A stretch of DNA of 64,000 nt from Glaucostegus cemiculus (taxonomy: Eukaryota). Numbering within the stretch: position 1 is the first letter of the stretch; every line of letters starts with the position of its first letter. The notes beneath the pieces were generated by a model that did no database searches, was not told the DNA's origin, and saw only the letters and a program-made list of their open reading frames with translations. Position numbers and translations under genes: made by a program. The stretch lies in NCBI GenBank assembly GCA_976551045.1, contig CDPCPM010000143.1, positions 7,688,001-7,752,000 on the forward strand, in the 5' to 3' direction. Positions 1-12,064 of this stretch are shown in pieces.

Positions 1-99
1 TACTGGTTTTATATGTCCCTCAATGTCAGAGACATATAAAAACTAATATAAAACAGGTTTTAGGGTCCCAGTCCCAGCTCACCTTCCATAATGGCATTT

Positions 100-672
100 T
101 GAGTGCAGCACGTCCTTCAGACCAGTGAGGTCGGTCTCCAACTCGGTGGCCAGCCATTTTAATTCCACTTCCCATTCTCACACCAACGTGTCTGTCCACA
201 GCTTCCTCGACTGACAAGTTGAGGCTAGATGCAGATTAGAGAAACAGCACCTCATATTCCGCCTTGGTAGTCTCCAAGCTGATGGCATGAACATTGATAT
301 CTGTATATCCCAGTAACCACTCCGCTTTAGTCCCCATTTTTTCGCTCTCAACCCACCAGCCCCATCGCCCCATGTTTCCCCTCCCCCTCGATCTGACCAT
401 CACCCATACATCCCACCTATCACCTCCCAGCTTACTTTATTCCCACTTTCCACTCCCCTCTCTCCTTATCTGGATCCACTAATCACCCACCAAGATATTG
501 CTCCACCCCTTGCCTCCCACCTTTTGTACTGGCTATCTCCTTTCTTTCCAGTCCCAATGAAGGGTCTCAACCTCAAACGTTGACTGTCAATTTCCATCCA
601 TAGGTGCTGTCTGACCCATTTAGTTCCTCCAGCTTTTTGTGTGTTGCTCTAGATTTCTAGCATCTGCAGACT
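100..672 (+). mobile_element. Penelope-like element 3' fragment (GIY-YIG C-terminus plus pseudo-LTR with decayed hammerhead motif)
   Basis: Reads [39 protein letters not shown], then a pyrimidine tract and a terminal motif at 549-672. Homologous to 18251-19006 and to the end of 55940-57137. Confidence 0.85.
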
Positions 673-690
673 CACATTTCCTATTGTGAA

Positions 691-1378
691 ATAAGTGAAA
701 GTGAATGAGCAAGTGCAGCAGGTGGTGATGAAGGCTAATGGAATGTTGGCCTGTATTACGAGGGGAATTGAGTACAAGAGCAAAGAGATTCTTTTGCATT
801 TGTACAGGGCCCTGGTGAGACCGCTCCTGGAGTATTGTGTACAGTTTTGGTCTCTGGGGTTAAGGAAGGATATCCTGGCTATAGAGGGCGTGCAGCGTAG
901 GTTTACGAGGTTAATTCCGGGGATGTCGGGACTGTCTGATGCAGAGAGGTTGGATAGACTGGGATTGTACACGCTGGAATTGAGAAGATTGAGAGGGGAT
1001 CAGATTGAAACATACAAGATTGTTAAGGGATTGGACAAGGTAGAGACAGGAAATATGTTCCAGATGTTGGGGAAGTCCAGGACCAGAGGGCATGATTTAA
1101 GAATAAGGGGTAGGCCATTTAGGACAGAAGTGAGGAAAAACTTCTTCTCCCAGAGGGTTGTGAGTTTGTGGAACGCACTGCCTCAGAGGGCAGTGGAGGC
1201 CAATTCTCTGGGCACTTTCAAGAAGGAGCTAGATAGGTTTCTTATAGATAGGGGAATCAAGGGATATGGGGACAAGGCAGGAACAGGATATTGAGTGTTG
1301 AGGATCAGCCATGATCTCAAAATGGCAGAGCAGACTCGAAGGGCCAAATGGTCTACTTCTGCTCGTATTGTCTATTGT
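691..1378 (+). mobile_element. CR1 LINE, 5'-truncated, young (ORF2 C-terminus plus 3' UTR)
   Basis: Uninterrupted 199-aa frame (LYRALVRPLLEYCVQFWS..LEGVQRRFTRLIPG-type, RRLRGD..TRGH..FFSQRVV..WNALP), followed by a CR1-type 3' end and a tattgtc tail. Confidence 0.93.
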
Positions 1379-2294
1379 TACAACCTAGGTGACTATTGGT
1401 GAATATCCCTGTAAGATAGAGCATTTTGTGTGTGTGTGTATGTGTGTGTGTGGCGTGCATATGTCAACAGAAGATAAAAGACGTAATGATATTTTTGAAG
1501 CAGTCAGTCTGAATCAGTCAGAGAACAGAGAGAGAGAGCAGCCTGCTAATCTCTATCGATGGATGAAAAACAGTAACTGCGTCTGTCACTACAATCCAAG
1601 TATGGATATTTTGGAGTAATCCTGTAGAGTCCACATTGTCATTAACCTGTAGAGGTAAACAGGTATTTGCGTGGATGGCCATGTCTCGGATGCTTTTCCG
1701 GGTGGCAGATACCTCAGAACAAAGCAGTGGAGTTCACTTTGTTGCTGACCTGTAGAAGGAAGCGGGTATTTGTGTGGACGGTCACGATTTGAGTGCCTTT
1801 CAGGGTGAGGAAGATGCTGTGGAGTAGTCACTGCTGAGTAGACACTGAGGTGTCATTTGGATTCTATAGTGGAACATCTGGATTTCGTAATTACTCTCTA
1901 TTTTCCCTCTACATCTACGTTTTGTCTTCAGTGGTTGTTGAAGAAGCCTTTGATCACATTTTACCTTATGGCTTGCTGAAATGAACTTTGAGAACTATTC
2001 CNNNNNNNNNNNNNNNNNNNNNNNNNNNNNNNNNNNNNNNNNNNNNNNNNNNNNNNNNNNNNNNNNNNNNNNNNNNNNNNNNNNNNNNNNNNNNNNNNNN
2101 NNNNNNNNNNNNNNNNNNNNNNNNNNNNNNNNNNNNNNNNNNNNNNNNNNNNNNNNNNTGTGTGTAAGATTTAACATTTTTACTTCTAACATTCTAACTT
2201 TTATTTTTCTTATTATCATAAGTAGTTATTAATAAACTAGTTTGTAACACTTATACATGAGCCAGTGTGTTTCTTTTGTTGCTGGTTCGTAACA
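1376..2294 (+). mobile_element. Probable LTR (solo LTR or gap-collapsed LTR retrotransposon)
   Basis: Starts TGTTACAACC and ends GGTTCGTAACA (TG..CA termini with a short inverted repeat); AATAAA at 2231-2236. Interrupted by an N gap; no clean target-site duplication. Confidence 0.6.
2002..2158. other. Assembly gap (157 N)
   Basis: Run of N. Confidence 1.
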
Positions 2295-2790
2295 TTTTTA
2301 ATCTGTTCCCTGTCAGTAGGCCAAGCTTCTATCCATGTTGCTACTGCCCCTTGTGTTCCATGGACTTCGATCTTGATGACAAGCCAATCAAGTGCCAATT
2401 TATCAGAGATCTTTTGAGGGTTAACCTACACACCAATTGCATTTCCCCCATCATACCTGTTACCCCATTAAAAAGCTCTCTTAATTAAACACAAATTGCC
2501 ATTCTGGGTTTTCCAAATCAATCTACATTTATAATATCCAAGTCACTACTAATCCTTTCTACAGAGGTTAAACAGACCAGTCTGTAGTTCTGAATTTATC
2601 CCTGTATCCTTTCTTGAACACTGGTGGAATGGTTGCAGTTTGAAGCTTGGCCCCACTAACAGATATTTGGCAAAGGTATTGGCGATGATCTTCTATTTCC
2701 ACTGTTGTTTCCCTTAGAAACTTTGGATGCATCCCATCCAGATCAGGTGGTTTATCCACTTTCAGAATGGCCAGTCTTTGTAGTATCTAA
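2295..2790 (-). mobile_element. Degraded CR1 LINE fragment (reverse transcriptase N-terminal region)
   Basis: DKPPDLDGMHPKFLRE..ATIPPVFKKG resembles the CR1 motif KSPGPDGIHPRVLKE..ANVTPLFKKG. Confidence 0.8.
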
Positions 2791-4954
2791 TCATGAAACT
2801 TTTGTCCAACTCAGTTCCAAAAAATTCCAAACCTGGGAGGATTTGTAGCCATGCTTGTGTTGCATGTAGCCAAGTCAATTTTTAATCCAAGGGGGTTGAC
2901 AATGTTATTTAATGCAATTTGACACAGTTGTTCTTACTAAGTGAGAACACAGATATCCAAGGAGTTAAAACATTTATACATATGGAGCCAATTAACTGAA
3001 TTGAATTAAATCATGTTCATTTCATTTCCTGCAAAACTAATTTGGTAGTTTCAAATACTTCTGGGTTGATTTTGGTTGTATATTAAGACTATATTTTGTT
3101 ATAAATAATAATCTTACTCAATTGTATAATACTGTACAATATGCTTTATTGCCTGCTAGGAAATAATGAGAGAGAATAACACTGCAGCAGCATACAGCAT
3201 TATAACATAGGGAAAAGGAAAACTGTGTTTCAATCACAAAACTAAACAGACAGGCAATAAACAGTACGCAATATAAAATGATCATCTGTCAAATTATGCA
3301 ACTTTTATATAATTAGTGGCTTTAAACTCTTAATTATCAGTAGTAAAATTTCTGAATTCAATTTCTACAGAGCATATTAGTAAGAAATATATAAGGGACT
3401 CTGCTCAAAGCAATACAAAGGAGCTATATACACAGGCACCTTCTGTAACAAGAACTGATTCTCGTGTAATAGGGATATCCTAACATCACCAAGAATTTTG
3501 CTTCACGTTTTCAAAATTATACGTCACTGACATTACTCTTCCAGGAACATCAAAATGATAACCTATAGCAGTCTCCCAGTTACCATAAGTGTGTTTAACC
3601 AAATAGCTTACAACCACAGTCCCCTGCAAGATTTAGCAATGACTTTCAGCCATACCATTAACTCTTTCAATTAATGTTATCTATAGTACTCCATTGAACA
3701 CAGTGCAGCTACATGCTACATTATCTACTTTGTTGCCTGCAACAAGAGTAAAAAAAGGCAAATATTTCAGTATAGTGAGGATCATCACCACCGTCACAAC
3801 TGCTCTATGCATTTCTAATGGCGTACCAAGCCTGCAAATAATTTTAAATACCACTATCTTAGGAACCACAATTAGCCACTTGATTTTCTATTTGGATCAA
3901 ATCACACAATGACACTTGGCCTTTAGGTATTAATTTTTTTACAGCGATGGACCTTGGTGCTTCATAGTTGATGGCAGGATTACTAGCCATTGAATGTCCT
4001 GCTCTTTGGGAGTCTGTTGACAAAGACAACAACATCCAAAACGCTTGTTAGGTAAGCTTATAGATAAGGAACCAGCACTGCTCAAAGAGCGGTGAGGCTC
4101 AAACTGTGACCTTTGGGTCTGCATGAGTAACTTTATTAAGGGAAATGTAATGTTTTCACCACTTTAGATGTTTTTGTGAATGAAGTTATGTATAAAGTGC
4201 CTGATCCATGAATTTGATCAGTCCCTTCCTGAGTTTTCAAACTGTAGGTGGATTATTTGTCAACAAAACACTGCCAATAATGGCACTATTGGTATCAATG
4301 ATTACAGTAATGCATCTGAAACTCTGAACTTGCATTTTACCAGTATAAACAACTTGAAATAACTGGATCATCAAAGGCCTCCAAAAACTGAAGGGAAGAA
4401 TTGCTGATTGTGATCTGTCTCTCTTAAAAACATGTATGGCCTTTTCTTAATGCAGTGTTAATATCAAAACCATTGGCTCGTTTGGGGACAGTGACCTAGC
4501 TTCCCCAAATTAAAAGGAAAGCTAACCAGTGCATTCTTTCCAGGGAGATAGAGTGGAAGTTCACTTCACACTAATAGTCAAAAGAAAGTGTTCCAAACAT
4601 TTCCATGCACTTCTAATTATTGGGTAGTTGGCATTTCATTTAAGAGAACCCCAACGAATGGTATTATAATAGCACTATTTGAACAAGGCCTCCAATCTAC
4701 TCTTTAATTGGAATCAAAATAACTATGTGAACAATACAACAACAGTAGAATGGATATTAATCAAAAAACTTAAAGTTCAAACAAAATTTTGGAAAGACAA
4801 TAAACAATTAAACTAAATTATTGTTTTCTTGGGCTCCATAATTGATTTATTTTATCACTGGTGAACAGAGTACAATGGACATATTCTGTCATTCAACTGG
4901 TACTGTAAATGTGTAAAATTGAAACTGCAAACAATGCAATTTTGTGTGCACAGT

Positions 4955-7900
4955 CTGCTCTTAAATCAAAGTTCTTTATTTCAAATTGTCTGATATTAAT
5001 TATCTTAAGCATCAAATACATATATTGCTGTGTTAATTGCATTGCTTAATTCAAACATTAGAAATTTCAATGTTAAGTGCAAAAACAATTGACAATTATT
5101 AGAAGTATGTCCAAACATTTCCCTGTTGGTCTGGAATGAGTGTGTGCAGGGCGCTGATCTTCCTTTAAATAGTTTTAGAATATTTTAACCAAAGCCTAAA
5201 GTTTATAGTTCATATATTGACAGAAATTAATGCTGGTCTTCTAGGTTAGTCAACATAGTTCAGAATGTCTGCCGTAAGTATTTATAGATCTGCATTTTAT
5301 TCTAATGAAATATAATTCCATTAATACTTCCTGTGAATCAGAAAACATCCCTGTATTTTTGGTATTAAAATTAAAATTAACTGTACATTATTACATCATT
5401 TACCCCCTTCCAAAAAATTAAATATTTCAGTTTACTTGTTGAGCCACCATTTACAAATATACTACTGGAATCATTTTAATTGGCCAAAAACAAATTTGTA
5501 TTTATAAATTATTAAATTGCATCATACATTTGGTCAATACATTAGGTGCATTACTCAGCTCTCTACCTCCCTTTGTAGGCCACACTCCGTGCTTTTAATG
5601 GTAGGTAGGCAATGTTTTATCACTGTATATCCTCTCATTATTTGGGTGTTCTACTGGTCCAGTTACTATGGCCAAGGCTTCAACCTGTGACCAAATGGGT
5701 ATGATATAAAAGATGTTAGTTCATACACACAACTGGGTCAGTAGACTTATTTTTCCTTTCAGTAGATATACTTTTCAAAATTAAACTCTCTTAATTCAGC
5801 TTCAAACAATGTGTAAGAAATACTATTACAAATGAACCCTTTGGCTACAATGTTACTGCAGCAATTATAACTAAGACATAACAATATTAAAAAGTATAAA
5901 TTTGTAAAGCTGTCTTTGTTTTCAATTCCAATTTAAGAAAAACTTAAGCATTTTTAAGGCCAAATAATTGTCTTCTAGACACTGCACATTTTGAGTTTGT
6001 TGATATATGCCTTACAGTAGAAGGTAAAAAAAGAAATTATGTTATATTATCTGTTAAAGTTCTAACATCATTTAAAATAAACATCTACGATAAAAATGTG
6101 CATGTTATATCTGAATTACGAAATTCCATCTAGAAAGCATATTTTCACATCTACAATGAAATTAGATCAACATCCCAGGGTCTCTTATCCGAATGAATTA
6201 TTAATTACTTGGCAGTAATAATTTGCTGTCATTTCCATTCTAATTCAGAGTACTCTTTAACAATAAACCTATTAATGCTCAGCTTAACAATTATTTACTT
6301 TTATGACATGGGCTTTGAAAAATTGAGTGACTTATCAAGTTGGTCTTCAACAAATTTATCTGGGCTAGCTGCTTACAATCAGAATTAGTCATATTTCTCA
6401 TCTTTGTATGTAGGTAATGGAGTTATGCCTTTAAGACTGCTCAATTGCTTTCTACCTTTTCTATAGGAGGATGAACTCCAAATATACATACAATTCTATC
6501 CTTATAACTGTCTCATCCATTGTACTCACAATGGAAAAAAAGTGATTGGTTATTGCATTTCTTAATACCAAAAGCTATTTAAAATACACTACTATAAATT
6601 ATGCATGTGATGCTTTGTAAATAAAACACTTAAATCAAGATTAGATAAATCCTCTGTACATATTAGGCTGTAACTGCCTGGACTATTCCCATACATATTA
6701 ATGGAAATTCTTAGGTTGCTACAACTAACAGTGTAACTTTTAATACCGTGTAGATTTACGGGTCATTATATTATTTTAGTTACACTTATTAATCACAAGC
6801 AACTCCAGTGGGAGGAACAATTTAGAAGCCTTACAAAATTATTATTGCAACTCATTTAGAAGAAATATAATAGGATGTTTTCTATGTAGAAATCATTTCT
6901 GAACTGATTTAAGAACAACCCTCAATGATTCAGCATGCTTTTTAAATAATCAAAATAAAATTTGGTAACATATAATCCTAATTTATAAATGTTCTAGGAA
7001 TTTTTCCAATAGTTATATCCAATACCAAAACTTCAATGAACCAAATTCCAAAAAAAATTATTTGTTTGAAGATGGTAATGAAGTTGAGTGCATACGAGGG
7101 TTAATCACCTGGTTGTTAAATTTCTACTGTGGGAATTCCTACTTTTACTCCCACAGAACTGTGTTCATCAGTTTATATTGGGTTTTCATCAAACTCCTTC
7201 TAAAGTTATGGCATTGGAGCAGAAGCCTGGAGAAATTTCTGGCACAGACCCAAGTTTCACATGGTGCGTCCATTCAAACATGCACAATGGGCAAAATTTA
7301 AGTGTCCTAATGTTTCATAAGAAGAAAGTAAAGATTGAGCCACAACTGAAACCTAACAATATCCATCCTACTGTCCACTTCTGCACAACAGTGGCAAGAA
7401 CAGTACATTAACTCTGTAATAACTCTTGCTATTCCCACTGCTTCCAACATAATAACTTACCGCAGTGAAAACAGAAGCAATATTACACAGATATGATTTA
7501 TCAATTCTCCCTGTTGTTTGCTTTGCTCATCCATGAATGTTAAAGCTCTTCTCTGTAAGCAAATGGGCACACTCCCAGAATAGGCACCAGGACAACTGAT
7601 AGGCATTCCATTACCGCTTTTAAAAACTCACACATCTCTATGTTGGTGATCAAATTTTGCAGTCTTTTCACATGCTAAAAAAAGTGATATCAAGTGCAAT
7701 AAGCTATACTTCAAAATAGTCACACTCTCTTGCTATAATTCAAAGAAAGGAGTTTATCGTTAAACTCCATATCCCACCTATCAATGTCATGGAAACGTCA
7801 CTTAACAGTAAAACAAACAAAATAAATGCAAAAATACAATGAATTGTATTCTACTTGGTCAGGCATAAAAAGTAGACATTTTTATCATTATACTCAACTT

Positions 7901-10900
7901 TTGTGAAAAAGCATTGTAACATTTAAATACAGTTACTTTTGTGTACTTCTCCATTTTTAAATATTAGCTAGACTTTGGGCAAAAGCTGGTTTCTACAACA
8001 AGGAAAAGACATTATTTCTAATGACAAGCGAAGGATGACAATTTCACAAAATTTTAACAAGATGTTATTTACAGCTAGAGTGAAAAGAGGAACAAAATAT
8101 TGTATAAAGCGGTATACAATTGTATAAAGGATCATGTTACCAGGATGGACTGTTCCAGCTACTTTGTGCCTAATCATAGCCTGTACTCTGCGGCTAGAGA
8201 AATTAATGGTGAACTTCAAATTACACTCAGGGAAAGAATGGGATGTTTGCTTTACACCTTCATATATCGTTCTGTTGAGAAAAAGTGCATCTATCTTCTG
8301 CGTCAGCAGTGACGACCAAAGTTCTGAATAATGTAGTACAGCCACAGCTTTCTAAAATCACATGTGCCTGTTTTGGTATTGCAACCCAAATCAACTGTTG
8401 TTATTCATTAAATTCTCTGCTGATAATGTATAAGAGCCAGTTCCAAAACTCGTCCTAAGGTCTGTGTCTCTCCAGCCAAGACTTCACTTTGGTAAAGTGC
8501 TTGATGGATTGATTTTCTGAATGACGTTTGCGGATCCAGGCTGAATCAGTTCTATGTATCTGCTCAAAATTTAGAACTTACTAATCATTTTATTTGACCC
8601 TCCCTAATCTATTCAATGTTGAAATATGAACCATAAACTAACAACATTGAAGTGAAACCTGTGGTAGTTTGCAAGTCTCCGTTAACAGAACAGCACACGC
8701 TCTAGTAGCTGAAGATTCTTCTGATAGTGAAGTATATCTTTCCCTTATCTGAAGTCGCACAAGTAGATGTATCTAGGCTTCTGTGCTTTGCATATATCAG
8801 ACAATCTAGCTCCCTCCAAACTTCTCCACCTGCTCCTTTATTTTGATTCTGTGGGTTCCACATTTAACCACAGCTATTATTTTCCCCACGTCTCCTGAAC
8901 CTCTCTCCTTCACCATGATTTCACTGTAGAACTAACACAGGTGAGCTTATTTCTGGCTTCATCTGGTGTCCATATACTATTATTTTCAGTGGTACATGCT
9001 GCTGGAAAAGGTTATTGGGTCTCTATTGGGTATAAGTCCTCATCAATAGTTTTATTTGCCCCTCATTACTGGCAGATAATGTCTAGGGTAAAGATAAAAT
9101 GTAGAACTGTCAGTGAGATCAACAAATATAGCACAAGAATGCAAATCAAAATAAAAAGAGGGTCATGATGGCTTGTACCATTCAGACATAATGGAAAACT
9201 TTTTATATCAGTTTCAGAAGTCCTGAGAATGACCAACATTACCACAATCCTCCTTTGAGGCAAGCACAATAGATCTTCAAAGCATCTGTCTGGCAGTTCA
9301 TGAGGACAACTCAAGTTCCTTTATTGAGTGTGAAAAAGCTTATTAATCTGACAATCAAGATTGCTTTTGAATCTAAAACAGATTTTATTAAAGAAAAGGC
9401 AAAGTGTATCTTATTTTAGAACTCTGAAAGAGTAGCATATGTCATTCTTCCACTCTTGTGAATTCATTAATTCTATTTATTAGTCATCAATCTAAAATAT
9501 TATTCTTGGAAACCGAAATTGTTACCAAAAGTTTAACATCGCAAATTAACTTGCTAGAAATATGATCATTTTGTCAAAAGATGTATTAAAATTAGGACTT
9601 CCACTAAATAAGCCCATGTTAATATTTTAGTCATAAGAGCCATATCAAATTTAGGATTAATTCAGATCTAATCCAGAAAAAAATGTCTTAGATAATCAGT
9701 TGGAATTCTTTGGATATATTTGTTTCATTATAACTGTACCAATTTATTACAAATTTCAATCAAAATCTCCTAAAATAACAAACTTCTTTGCTGTGAACAG
9801 CATGTACTATTCCATTCTGTGCTGCTTATTAAACATTAAATAATTCTTGTGAATCTCCTGAAAACAGACTAATACTTGCATAGTGTTGGTCTGTTTTCAG
9901 CATTATCAGTATCCAGATGTTGAGCTAACAACCTTAAAATGCAGCTCATAATTGCACCTATATTACTGTGACTTCACTGAACTGCATAAGAACTGTGTTT
10001 GAGTGTGTGTAGAGTACTTTACTACCCTTAAAATTTGAACAACTACTTTGAAATGCTCTTTCTAATCCCAAGTTGTTTTCCATTCTGGTAACATGATCTT
10101 CAACCAACATAGGAAGAAAATATTTTGCATTTAAACTATGTAGTATAAAACATCAGTAATTCTAGCTGTTGGTCTGACAGAAGATGTTGATTTCTTTGTG
10201 CTGATATACTTCTGCAACCTGAAATAAAACCTGAATTTCTCTTCAGTAATTTGCTGAATTAGTAACCCTACAACCATCATAATAATCATTCACTGTAAAA
10301 AACACAGCAGTGCAACAGTTGGGACCTAAAAAGCTTACAGGATTTATGCCACTATTAGTGCCTAATTGCTTAAAAAAATAAGCAAATTATTTTACATATC
10401 TTAACAGTATATAGGAAAACAGTCATGTCCAGTAAACTGGCCCAGTGTAGGGTCAGTGAGGTTTAGCAATAGGAAGCGAAAACAATAGGTATGAAGTCAT
10501 TATGGGAAATAACAGGCAAAAACAGTGTGTAAAAAAAAGTACCATCTGTTTAGAGGCAGATTTGCTATTGAACTCAACTACAGATTAAGAGATATTTTCA
10601 ACTAAATAATGATGCTGTTGAAATAAAATTTCTTAATGTAATGAGCAAAATGTAAAGTATTTTTAATAATATATTTTCTTCCCACCATCATCTCAGTGAT
10701 CAGGCAGAAGTTCATGATTACACAGTTTTTGTAAAACTTAAATCATAATGTGCTTTTTTTTTAAAAAAAGGGAAAAAAAGAGAACTTGACGATATCTAGT
10801 CACTAGCACAGTGCATCAGTGTTACTTGAGAAAAGCTAAAATTTGCAGCAAATTTGAGTAGCTCACACTCTAACCGCGTAGCGTCCAACTGCAAGAGTTG

Positions 10901-11169
10901 CCAGTAGATTTCATGGCCCTTTGTTCTGTGTAACGACGATTTTTTATTATAACCAAGTTGTCTTCAGATTGGGTGCAAAAGCTGAGGAAACTGGATTAGC
11001 CCCATTCATATATATTCTGAGTCTGTCTATGGGACGATACTCAGCCTGTGCCTCCCAGCTGCACTGTCCAGCCATGGAAAGGTGAGACTCCCACAATGCA
11101 GTCAACATCAGGCCTTACTGACTCATCTCCTGTGTTGCAGATTTTGTTTGGATACAAATCAATCATGGA
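4955..11169 (-). other. BBX: Probable long BBX 3' UTR (distal end uncertain)
   Basis: AT-rich with almost no recognisable transposon fragments, unlike the introns. AATAAA at 4980-4975 (minus) is followed by GT/T-rich sequence. Other AATAAA hexamers occur, e.g. ~9320 and ~9385. Confidence 0.5.
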
Positions 11170-11257
11170 TTATTGGTCTGCACAGGAGATAAGTACTGGG
11201 GTTTGTGCCATTTCCTTGGGCTGTCCATCATGGTTCAGAGAAACTGCACGCTGGCCT
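11170..11257 (-). CDS. BBX: BBX last coding exon up to the stop codon
   Basis: ctgcAG|(R)[31 protein letters not shown]; stop at 11172-11170. Confidence 0.96.
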
Positions 11258-12028
11258 CTGCAGATGAAAGATAAACTGAGAGTCAGAAACAAAAAATATT
11301 GACAAACAAGATGTCTTAATTACTAGGATTCTAAAGCCAGATTTCCTTGGGGCTCAATTTATTGCAACGGTGCATCTACTGACAAGTCTTCTGCATTCAA
11401 CTAGAAGTTGATTGAACTTTCAATAATTGGGGCAGACTTTTCTTTCAATAACTACTTTCTCCAACTGTTTTCAATGACTGTGGTTAGCAGAAACATATGG
11501 AAACAGTGCCAAGGCCTTCTAAAGACCTATCAGAACCATAGGCTGGGCCTTAGTTCCTTCTGCCTACAGTCTAGTTCGCCACATGAAACTGGGTAGCCGT
11601 ATGGAAAGGCACCAACACTGGCAGTGCATTGTGAGCTACATGGTTGTAAAAAGTTCATTCAGTTATGAAGCCTGAGTGGGTGACCACAAGGCGTGGGCCA
11701 GGGTCATAGTAATTTGGGCCCAACAACTTAGGACAGGAAGACCTCACAGCTGCATCATTCCTATTATATTTTGTCATTAAAGACATACATTTCTTCAGTC
11801 TTTGAGGGTGGAGATCTACTTTATTGGTCTTATCTCCTTAATGCACTGTTTAGAATTCATGTTTGCATAAGCATGTGAATGAACTTATGCAAACATGAAT
11901 GTTATTGTTTGTGTGCAGGCATGTGTGTGTGCATACACAAGTATGTCTACTGACTGCATATAAGTAAGCATGTGTGTGACTGGTGTGACTTTTTATTGTG
12001 TATGAGTGACTCAATGTGTGTATGTGTA

Positions 12029-12064
<36 letters not shown>

